DNA from: Pavona decussata
Lineage: Eukaryota
Reading direction: 5' to 3'
Assembly (NCBI GenBank): GCA_977016875.1
Contig: CDRNST010000042.1
Location: 1,116,001 to 1,180,000 of the forward strand
DNA: 64,000 nt
In this document: positions 53,548-64,000 of the stretch, in pieces
Position numbering within the stretch: position 1 is the stretch's first letter
Layout: each line of letters begins with the position of its first letter
Translations under genes and position numbers: made by a program
The notes under the pieces: model-generated
Told to the model about the DNA's origin: nothing
Databases searched by the model: none
What the model saw: the letters and a program-made list of their open reading frames with translations, nothing else

Positions 53548-54450
53548 TGGAACTTGGAACTTGGAACTTTATTTTACGTAGCACTCCACTTAGCTAAAAG
53601 GTACATTTCAGCTTCACTACGCAACAGACAGAGCACATAATGAACCTATACGTTTATTTTGCGTGTTTTGGCCGAGCACCAGAGTACAATAAGTAATCTA
53701 ATACAAAAAAACCATGGAAAACTAACACTAAATCCCTCCAATAGCTGCTAGGAAAATAATGAGAGCTGGCAACCACTAACAAGACACTGTGGTTAGACAG
53801 GGGCCAGTAAAAAACCTGCCGAAAATAAACCCCGTAGGAAAAAAATATGACAGGAAATCTGAGTGGGAACCAGGCCCAAGCTCTGCAGCCCATCTTACGA
53901 GGCGATTAACAAAAATAAGAAATTATAGTGAGTGGTGTCGGCCTATAATGATTGCCCACGTGCAATCTCAAGCTTAAATACTCACACGCCATAAACCATG
54001 ATGCAACTACACTAAAAGGACCCAGGCCCCCGGCTTGCTGCTCCCGTGCCGCAGAAATATTTAATTTCAGGCTAATTCGAAGCGACTCAATCGCCAGAAA
54101 TTACATTTTACAGGAAGCCCACCAATAAACAAAAAACATTACAAAAACAAAAAGAAAGATAAAAATTAGCTAACAATCTACAATCTAAAAATTTAAAAAT
54201 CTAAAATATCTAGGAAATCTAATCATTCAGGAATCAATACATGTATAACTACAATTTTAAAATGCTGCATGACGAGTAGTTCTTAAAAATTCCCTTGTGC
54301 CGGCCATGGTGCGAATCGAGTCCGGCAGCGCATTCCATGTCTTTGCAGCGAAGTACCAAAAAGACCTAAGACCATGCTTGGTACTTCTTACTTGGGGCAA
54401 CGAGAGCATGTTTGCGCCCCTTAAGTTATATTTTGTGTCTATTACTTTGA
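53548..54450 (-). mobile_element. LINE 3' end with long 3' UTR
   Basis: Minus strand reads LPQVRSTKHGLRSFWYFAAKTWNALP; aataaa then (gttccaa)n tail. Confidence 0.7.
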
Positions 54451-57312
54451 GTAGGTTTGCAATGGGGGTCGGTGCCCTCTCCTGGAAGCAACTATTTATT
54501 GTGATAATATTAGTATAATAGATTAATATTAGTAAACTGTTTATTTATTCGACAAAAGTTTGGTCTGTAATTTTTTACAAATCGGTATTTAAAAAACCAG
54601 CGCACTTAAACACTTTGGAGGATATTTTCAGTGATTCCACATTTAGTGAGTCACACCCAAATTTTAGTGCGTTTTGCCAATAGCTAACTTCTATTACGAC
54701 GGGAATATTCGAATCAAAGGGATAAAAAAATTTAAAAAAGTTCAATGGTTTGTCCTTCTATTTATGTTTTAGTATAATGCTGATCTAGCTCTGATCAAAT
54801 GTTGTTTTCTCCTGGTATAGATTTGGTATAAGCAGGTGTTCTGTTTCGGATTGTTTCCCAGGAAATTGATCCTTCTACCAAATATGTTTAAAATAAGTTT
54901 TTCCTCAATAACAATACACATTGTTTACATAAGATCAAGCCGTAATTTATTGTATCTGACCTTAAGTTAACCTTTCGCTGGCATTTGCCTGGAAATGGCC
55001 ATCCTTCTTGTTTTTGATCGTTTTCTAGTAAAGATATTCAGTGTTTCTTACCGAATCTATACCAGCCGATATCTTGTTATTTAAGTTAGTTTTACTGTAT
55101 TTATTTTAAATAACAATAATCTTTAGATCTTTTCATTTGAAGGTGACTGTCAGTGTCAACACTGTATTTTTAATAATGTAGCTGAAAGTTGTTAACACGT
55201 ACACCTTAATTTATGGAAATAGGCGTGGACTTGTAGTACCGCCTTTCTTCTTGGAAAGTTGCTGTTTTACAACAAGAACACTGAACACTGCTTGAAACTT
55301 CATCCGAGTATATTACAAACTCATGATTGTGAATGTGTAGTTTTTTATCGATACAAATATTCATTGTAATTTTTATATTTCTCCCGTTGCTTTATTTTGG
55401 TTGGACATATCGAAGAACCTAGTGAAAATCTTGAAAGAACGGTACATTTTTCACAGTAAGTAAAGGGAAGGTACCCATTTCCAATTCCATGACTAACCAA
55501 TCATAGAAGGGCTTACGTAAGCCTATGTTAGTAGTTGATGAGTTTTTGACAGTAGGTTGTCAATCATACTCCAACCAACATAAAAGCAACGCGAGAAGTT
55601 CTTCACTAGAGAATGTTGTATTGAAGCTGTAAAGAGAACTTGTAAGAATACAGACAAGCCTTGAACAACAATTGTGTGTGCCTATTGAACTTAGCCAACA
55701 ACAGGAGTACACTGAGCTAGTAACCCCCTTGGTTAGACGAGAAACGTTCTAACACAGTTGACGTTTTTTACAAAGGCAGGCGAGTAAACTACACCATTAA
55801 GTAAGTTCTCCATCGTTTAAATGAAGACCTTTTGTTCTGGGGAAACGCACCGTAATATTTGTAGAGGTATTGTTTACGAAGTTGAAGTCTAAATTAGTTA
55901 AAAATCAGTCAAGTCTTCTCACCCGCTCGACAGCGGTCTGGTGGGTGAAGTACTCAGCTGAGTTTCTTAAGAAAAGATCGATGAACTGCAACTACAGGTT
56001 TTGTGGTGAAGTGGTCTCAGTTAATAGTTAATTTAAATTCCGTGGGTTGCTTTACTTAACTTGACGCTATTGTTCTAGTTATCTGTTTTGACACTGTTAA
56101 ATGCAAATTTCTCTTAGTAAATTGAACGAAGGGAGATCGCCCATCTAGATCAGTTCGCAATAATTTGCTTTTCGTGCCGAGATCCGTCCCAAAGGTAAGG
56201 AGCTTTCTTGCTTTTGTGTTATGAATGAGAATCGTTAAGGTGTTGGGGACTTAATAATAATGATCATTAATCCCAGCAACCTGAACAATGAACGGACCTC
56301 TAAAAGTGATCACGCAACCGAACTACTTCCAGTAATCCTGCTCACTGACGAGCATCAACTACAACTTAAACATGATTTCAGGTTGCAAACATGAGTCTCG
56401 AAGCTGTAAATTGACGAAGGGTTAGAAGACCATTTTGAACAGATGTACATTACAGATACGTTTTCTTGCGTTAAAATGAGAAAGGCATTGACTTCAACAT
56501 TGACGTTCCACGTGAAGAATCTCATGAATCGTTTCAGCATATTAATGATCACGCAAGTGGCGCCTTTTAACGTTAAAGAACAAGAAAGTATAGACACTCG
56601 CTATATAGTATCCCCCTGTCTATTCAAACAACAAGCACATGTTCAGAAGTAGCAATATTCACTACTGAATTCGTAAAAAATAAATGTCAACAATTTTGTA
56701 ACTTGGCATTGTTTTCTAACGTTAATCATGGTTTACACTAGTGACAAACGCCGAAATTCACTTCGCCTTCTCAATGCATGTTTTATGCCACAAGTGTGTC
56801 GGACACAAAATAAGCAGAAAAATAATGACATCAGCAGTAACGACATAACCACAAAAAACTGAAGTTTTCTGTTTGCCATGATGTTATATGTCATTATGTC
56901 CCCAGTGTGAAGCAGGCCTTTATTCATGGCATGGTTGAATGAACGCACCGCTAACAAGAAATAACCAGAAACATGCAGAAATGGTCCGGCAATGCTTGAA
57001 GGGGAATTTGGTAATCTTACTGATTTTACGAGGATGTTTGTATGGTTTTGCATCCCAGCTACACTAATATCGCAAACTTTGCAAAATCGATTCATCGCGA
57101 TACTAAATCTTTGCAAATTTTGGGTTCTTTCTTGATACATCAACACCCGCTGTTTAGCATGAATGAATATGAATATTCTATTAAACGGGAGTACCAAACC
57201 AAGGCATTCCACAGGCTGAAATTGAGCTGGCCGAAATAATTTAATCAGGTATACAAATCTTCATGGGAGTTTCATATTATCGAATCCTCGCTGCGGGGAG
57301 GGTAAAAGAAGG

Positions 57313-57529
57313 AATGAGTTTGCGGAATGGCCTGTGGCATGGCATGCCGAATGGCATAATTATACGAAATATTCGGCGAGAGTCTGCAGCATCAAAAAAG
57401 CTGCTGCTCTTATAAGATTGGAGCGAAAACATGACGCGCTCTTCGGTTAATTTATTCCCCGCGTAAATCGTATTTCGTATAATTATGCCATTCCGCACGC
57501 CATGCCACAGGCCATTCCGCAAACTCATT
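57313..57529. mobile_element. Palindromic MITE with ~58-bp TIRs
   Basis: aatgagtttgcggaatggcctgtggcatggc ... gccatgccacaggccattccgcaaactcatt. Confidence 0.85.
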
Positions 57530-57878
57530 TAGCATACCAAACAAACCTTTGTAGTATCTGCATCCATTCGTACATTCTGTAGCCATTGCGCTCGAAGGTT
57601 GAATCCTCCAGAAACAAAAAATCTAAACGATTTGTTTCCGCGAGTGTTTACTTTGTATTTGAGATTGCTAAGAGAAACAAACCAAGAAAAACTAGAGATC
57701 GCTCGTTTGGAATAAAACCAGCGATCCGGAAAACTTGCTATTAAAGAGCTTATACGCTGAACAGTCTCTCTGTACATGTGAGCTTGCACTCGCAGGAAAA
57801 TTCCTTTTCGTTCATCCCAAAACGCCTCGTTTTGATACCTAGTGCCAGTTTTTTTCCCGCGCACCCACCATTTGTGAA

Positions 57879-59057
57879 GCGGTGTGCGTCACGAAATTCG
57901 ACCAACCAGAATGCGTTATTTGATCAGTAGTCTTTGCGCCCAAGAACATCAGTCTGGAGAGGTCAGCCTGTTGAAAATCTCGCCATTAACAAAGTCTGTG
58001 ACATTTTATCCCCGTCGAAATTCGTTTCAAAGTCAGAGGAACAAATTGACTTAATGCTGGTTAGGTTACCATTTAAGCTGAAGCATTTGTTCGGGTTTGT
58101 AGCCATTTCAAAGGTGAAGACCTTGCACCTGCCGCCATGTTACTTTGGTCGTTTATTTACTGCATTTCTTACTCTTGCCGGGTTTGGCCAATACTTTTTC
58201 ACGTTAAGCTAGCTTATCCTTTCTACTTTGGAATTTTTGGGGTCTACTCGGGTCTACCCCTGATGGTTTTTCCGTTGGAAGCCGTTGAACCAATAAAGAA
58301 TCTATGAAGAGATCGTGTGAACCAAGTAGCCCAACTCCCGGGAAACCGACCGGAAAAGCCAACGGGCAAATGCTATTTCTCTCCAAGAAATCCAAGAAGG
58401 AAATGTAGATCTCGTCCACCCTGAGGTAAAACAGCAAACTAAAAATGAGCGAAAGCAATGAAAAATAGACTGCGAGCAGTCGTACTTTTTCCTTGGATCA
58501 CGCGTGCGAGGTGACAGTAAAATTATGCAAATTACACAAAATCGCGCGCTACAGAATGACTTAGGAGAAAGAGACCGCTCGACCGCTAGCGGTCTAAAGA
58601 AATGTATAACAAGCGTCTATAAGCAGACGTGACGGCACATAATACTAGTTTAGGAATCAGCATAAAAAATTCTCGCCTTTGATTGTCTTCGAACTAACCT
58701 GCGTAGCAGTTGTTTTCGTTTCCTTTGACCCAAGCGGGGCGTCTTTCGTGCTTGCCCCACTTGGCTCAAAGGAAACGGAAACGACTGCTACGCTGGCTAT
58801 TCTCGAGCCGGGAATAACTCGGCAACAAAATCGCCTTGTGTATCCAACAAGAAGCATCTACGGCTGCCACTAGACGTAAAAATTTGTCAAATTGCTTTCT
58901 TTAGTGATAGTTTTTGGAAAAGGAAGCAAAGTTTGGATGCCCAGTTTCAGTGCGACAGTAAGTCGACCTAAGTCTTACGTTCGGGTCGTGACCAGAGGCA
59001 AATGAACCATTTCCATACTTTTACCCAGCACCCTTTGTGGGTGGTGACGCACACCGC
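57879..59057. mobile_element. TIR element with small nested hairpin MITEs (58466-58596, 58696-58799)
   Basis: gcggtgtgcgtcac / gtgacgcacaccgc; inner gcgtagcagt...actgctacgc. Confidence 0.55.
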
Positions 59058-59140
59058 CTGACGGTGTATAAAGGAGGAATCTTCGTGTATCCCGCAGTCA
59101 ATTTTACAATCTGTATGGTGTGAAAGAAATGTGATGTTAT

Positions 59141-59141
59141 A

Positions 59142-59209
<68 letters not shown>
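59141..59209 (+). repeat. (AAT)n microsatellite
   Basis: Directly visible. Confidence 0.95.
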
Positions 59210-59211
<2 letters not shown>

Positions 59212-59304
59212 TAAGGCTTTATTCAATCTGATCAATGTAAACATCGGTACTATGAACAGGAGATATCAGAGGTTATCCCTATCGAGGGTATCCCCTTTTA
59301 AATC

Positions 59305-59495
59305 AAAGCAATTGAAATCAACTCAAATGTTAGTTTTTGAGGAGAGGGGAAAACCGGAGTACCCGGAGAAAAACCTCTCGGAGCAGAATAGAGAACCAAC
59401 AAACTCAGCCCACTTATGACGCCGAGTCCGGGAATCGAACCCGGGCCACATTGGTGGAAGGCGAATGCTCTACCACTGCGCCAACCCTGTTCCCC
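59305..59495 (-). mobile_element. tRNA-derived SINE
   Basis: Minus strand: A box tggcgcagtggtagagc, B box gggttcgattccc, body ttctccgggtactccggttttccc. Confidence 0.85.
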
Positions 59496-59633
59496 TGTTG
59501 TAAGCCTGGTAAATAAATGATAGATGCATTTTATTTCAGAGTTTCGCGAGTATGCTTGTGTCACTAAATGAAATAATACATCTATCAATCTGTATGGTGT
59601 TTTGATCTAAATGTTAACGTATTTAACAGCACG

Positions 59634-60194
59634 ATGCCATCCAAAGACTACGAGATCCTAGCAAACGATGAAAACGATGAAACGCGTCAAGAGAAGTCCT
59701 CTCATCCAATGTCTTCGGCAAATTTTCTCTCCCGTCTGACCTTCTACTGGATGAACGGTATCTTCAAAATAGGAAACAAGCGGCCATTGAACCAATCAGA
59801 TTTTCTTCCGCTTCATGACGACGACAGAACACGCGACCTGACAGAGCGGCTTCAAAAAGAATGGAACAACCATGTACAAGAATGTAACAGCACCGCGGGA
59901 AAACAACCCAAACTTTGGAAATGTGTTCTCAGAACGATTTACTGGAAGGAGATTTTATACCTTATGAGCTTTTGGTTCATAGAATCCATCTGCCGAGTTT
60001 CACAGCCACTTGTTCTTGGTTTGCTCCTCCGTTTGTTAAGTGCAACCGAGATGAATCGCACACTAACATATACTTGCTGTTTGCTGTTAGCATTGGCTGG
60101 ATTGTCCTCTGCCTGCGTACATTACTCCGCTTACAAATTTGAGTTGCTTGGTATGAGGCTGAGTAGTGCCCTAAGGGGAATCATTTATCTCAAG
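59634..60194 (+). CDS. ABCC4: Copy D (ABCC4-like) coding exon 1
   Basis: Lasso [21 protein letters not shown]; 561 nt; donor at the homologous position is AAG|GCAAGA. Confidence 0.85.
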
Positions 60195-61375
60195 GCAAGA
60201 GTTTGTATTACAGCGAAAATACCTGGTGCGTTCTGCGTTTTTATCCAAGAATAATTTTAAAAAGTCTCGAACAAAATGCATTACTCGCTTGAAACTTGCA
60301 ACGTTGAATTGATTATTGTAGCCTTTTAACCGTAGCCTCATTTGAAAGTTTCAATTCACGCGGTCTTCACGTGGGAAGTTTCGTTGTCGCAATTTTGGTT
60401 CAGCAACTTTCCCTTCGTCTGCCTTTTTCAACATGATATTTCAAGCGATATTTCACTTGTTTGGAAACCTTAATTATGTAAATTATAATCTCTTCTCTTA
60501 CAGTGATAGAAACGCTTTACCTGGTTCTGGCAGCCATCACTGTCGAACGTTTCCACTTCCACATTTAATAGGCTCTATTGACGACATTATCGACATTCAA
60601 CATTATTGTCGACATTATCGACATTCAACATTTATTAAAATAAGGCTGCGGTTGAATGTTTGAAAGTTTGAAACGGAAAACGCGATTCGTTTGTGATTAT
60701 TGGATATTATTCTTGAAGTAACACAAGGAACGCGCCAGGTATTTTCATTGTAAACTTCATTTTATAACGAGCAACCGTTCTTCAGGTCTTGGCTGAAATC
60801 TTAATTACTCTCAACGTCGACAAAGAAATGTAGAGAAGTGGATAGCTACGGGACTGATTGACAGAATAAACGACTAGCGTGGTGTCTGACTGACCGAACG
60901 CAGATCAATAAAGTAACCCATCGACAGAATGACTAACTGTCCGGTTGGCTTTGCAATGATCTGTCTGACTGACTGACCGGTGACTTACTAACTAAATGAC
61001 TGATCCCCGTGTGACTCGCTAACCGACTGACTGACTGACTAACTAAAGTGAGTGAGAGAGTGCCTGTCTGACCTAGTGACTGGCCGTGGCTGACTGACTG
61101 ACAGACCACTTATCGAATACGCTGTCTGGCTAATTGATTGATAAGCGTGACTGGCACTCTGGCTTGTTAACTGACTGACTGAGCTAGCGGATGATCGAAT
61201 ATATGACCACATGGTGTCTACACGTAGAAATTTGACTCAAAGTACAATATTAGGCCAATTTCACCTTGTATATATTCTTCTAATTACATATTTTGCTTTT
61301 GTGAACGTTCTTCATGATCGCAAGCATCACTTGCACCTTAAACAGGTTTTGTTGTATCTTTGCATTTGTCCGCAG

Positions 61376-61755
61376 ATTCCTCTGATCAGTCAGCAAAGCA
61401 TTCAGGTAACAACAGAAGGGAACATCATATCCCTAATATCAAACGACGTCCAAAGAATGGAACTGGCCCCCAGAGTAATATTTTCTTCGTCCTTGTCTGG
61501 TTTCGAGTTCGTGGCTGCGATATGCTTACTGTTGTACCTCATCGGTTGGCAGGCATTAATAGGAGTTGGCTTTCTAATGGCGTTAATACCTTGTGTCATC
61601 GAAATATCGTCTGTTTGTGCTCGACTGCGACAGGAAACCGCTGAAGTGGCGGACCGACGTATTTCGCTAATGAACGAGCTGGTGACTGGCATTCGCGCTC
61701 TAAAGACGCATGCGTGGGAGGAAAACTACCGTGAAAAAGTTGAAGAAATTAGAAG
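61376..61755 (+). CDS. ABCC4: Copy D exon 2; any further exons lie beyond the window
   Basis: tgtccgcag|ATT ... AG|GTGAG; 380 nt, open. Confidence 0.85.
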
Positions 61756-62968
61756 GTGAGCACTCTCGTTCCTAGAATTCCCCGCGGTTTCAGTTTTAGT
61801 CGGTTATTAATTTCAGTTGGCTCTGTCCTTAAGTATTTTAATTGATGCTTTTTAGACACTTCTTAGGTCAACTGAATTTGTTTTTAATATTATTACTCTT
61901 ATAACAATTTTCAAATTTTGCAAGTATAAATTAATAAAAAGTTGCTTTTAGGTATTTATCTTAAGTACTTATCTTAATTTTCAAGTTTTCTAACGAATTA
62001 CCAAAGTCCTATGGTAAGTCTCATTTTCTAGTAGTGTAAGGACCGATAGACTCAGCACAAGTGTTTGGCACTGTAAAGGATACTGTCGAAATACCTCTGT
62101 TGTCAAATGGTCCTATTTGATTTAGTTTGAGTTACCTGTAGCTGCCAATGCCACATTAGCATGTTTTATTTTATTCCTTGTGAGAGCAATGGAGAAAACT
62201 GAGAACTGTGAATGTCTGAATTCATTTTAAAACTCATTAATTCAAACTAATGAGGGCATGGCAATCAAAAACACAGCGTTCACTTTATAATCACGTTTTT
62301 AGATAATTGTCGTAAACATTGTCCTAGTAAACCCAACAGAAACCCAACAGAAATAGCTGGGCAAATACTCCAGGGCCTCGTTTTAAAACATCGGAAGAAG
62401 CTTTCAATCTTGCTAAAGTTGCTGTTTTGGTTTTATCCAAGTGAATGTAAATATAGAAATACATCAAGTGTTGCGATGATTGTCGCTATGCAAAATTAAA
62501 TTTTCAGTGTCTACATTTGTTCTGTTGAATCGATGTTATCGCTCACACTGGACCCCGAATGAATTTTATTGCGGCTTCTGTCTGGGCGAATTTCATCCGC
62601 TAGTTGAGAGGGCATGTATTTGTTTAGACAAGATTATGCCAAGTTGTCACGCTTCATCAATAAAAAGAGAAAAACAGACAAAAAGCTTTCCTAAATAAAA
62701 AATTTATTCAGATAGGTCTTGTTATAGGTATAAGAAGCGAAAGCGTATAATTTCCGCCGCGAGGCGATTTGCAAGCGATTTGAAGTTAGTTTTGAAGCAA
62801 ATTTATCGGAGCACAGTACGTTTTCCAAACATTTTCAAGAACTCTAATAAGATTAAATTTAGAAATACAATTAACTATAAAAATGAGCGAAAAAATGGAA
62901 CGACAGAATTTCAATGCCGACAAATGGCAGCTTACCATTAGTCGCGATATCCATGGTGAAGGAAATGG

Positions 62969-63405
62969 AAGACCAGAGGTCCGCTGACATAGTAAAGAAA
63001 CATCTTTCTGACTTAAGCAACAAAATTGACCACATTCTTCAGCCAGTTTTCAGTAGCCGTAAACTTGGTGACGATCTTAAAGTGCAGGAGCCTAAGCCAC
63101 CCTTGATCAATCAACAGTGTGTTGTGTATCACTTTGTATGTGATCTGTGTGATGCAGATTACGTCGGCTATACCAGCCGTCACCTTCACCAACGCATTGA
63201 TGAACATCGGTTCTCGGCCATCGGGAAACACCTAAAGAATAATCACCAAGTCGACACAATTGGCGACCTGACAAGTAACTTCACAATCCTAAAGAAATGT
63301 CAGGGAAAGCTTGATTGTTTAATATTCGAAATGCTTTGGATCAGAAAGAAGAGACCGAGTCTAAACACCCAGTCAGACTCCATTTGTGCAAAACTATTTG
63401 TCTAA
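62969..63405 (+). mobile_element. 5'-truncated Penelope-like retroelement, GIY-YIG endonuclease domain
   Basis: CVVYHFVCDLCDADYVGYTSRHLHQRIDEH...EMLWIRKKRPSLNTQ; no RT domain in the window. Confidence 0.88.
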
Positions 63406-63543
63406 CGGACAAAACTCCCATGTTACGTTATGACACCTTCTGAATGAACACCGGACAGTTACTTTCAGTTTTAATTTAATTTATTCTATTTCACACCTTT
63501 ACTTTATGTATAAATTATCTTTTTTTTTTCTGTTGCATTCTTT

Positions 63544-63580
63544 ACTTGATAATGGTGCCAGGATGACACCGAAACGTCGT
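63544..63580 (+). ncRNA. Variant minimal hammerhead ribozyme motif downstream of the Penelope ORF
   Basis: ac-TTGATAA-t-ggtg..cacc-GAAA-cg-TC-gt; U3/A8 in place of C3/G8; stem I only 2 bp. Confidence 0.5.
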
Positions 63581-64000
63581 TCCGTTTTTTCGCTCATTTT
63601 TATAGTTAATTGTATTTTCAAGAACTGTACGGAATACGAAAAATCGGTCAATAACAATAGTATTTCAGTACAAATTCACAATCAAACCTGTAATAATTTG
63701 TGTGCTTTGTTTTCCTAGAAGCAATCAAACATTACTAAGAAAGTCCGCGGATTAAAAGTTGATTTGGGATCCGCCCGCTCATCGGCTTGGTAAAACCACA
63801 AATCGAAGAATAATTTCTTCGCCGTTAATGCTTGATTTCCGCTGTTAAAACTGTCAAGCGTTCCTTAGAAGTTCCTCTTTCCAGTTACCGTTTCGAAAAG
63901 GTGTGTTTTCCTTCTAAAAACGCGAAATTATCATCACTGTCAGTAGGATTCCTCTATCCTTTCCTCCAGCTTTACCAAGTGGTTTATGAGAGTGAATAAA

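Noticed and set aside
56733-57212. 159-aa ORF in the duplicated block
   Set aside because: The frame is broken in the paralogous copy at 41286-41752 and no domain is recognisable.
59420-59495. tRNA gene
   Set aside because: It has A and B boxes but continues directly into a SINE body, and no convincing acceptor stem is seen.
10571-61692. Antisense and alternate-frame ORFs overlapping ABCC exons, recurring among paralogs
   Set aside because: Shadow ORFs; the recurrence follows from paralog identity.

Overview
Eukaryotic, AT-rich, repeat-dense genomic DNA with spliceosomal introns. The repeat content looks cnidarian, probably a stony coral (inference from recognised repeat motifs, not verified). 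The window is dominated by a cluster of short-type ABCC (ABCC4/MRP4-like) transporter genes. Gene A (minus, 20212-10459, 6 coding exons, about 1296 aa) and gene B (plus, 28958-38505, 6 coding exons, about 1323 aa) are complete and divergently oriented. Copy C (plus, 50348-51973) has only exons 1-2 and is a D/B chimera. Copy D (plus, from 59634) shows exons 1-2, has a GC-AG first intron, and presumably continues beyond the window. The intergenic and intronic DNA holds a thrice-duplicated ~2 kb block, many MITEs (several with empty-site evidence inside the window), LINE 3' fragments, a tRNA-derived SINE, Penelope-like remnants with hammerhead-ribozyme motifs, microsatellites and two 187-N gaps. 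Three small minus-strand exon candidates at the left edge suggest another spliced gene. Most short ORFs in the supplied track are spurious.
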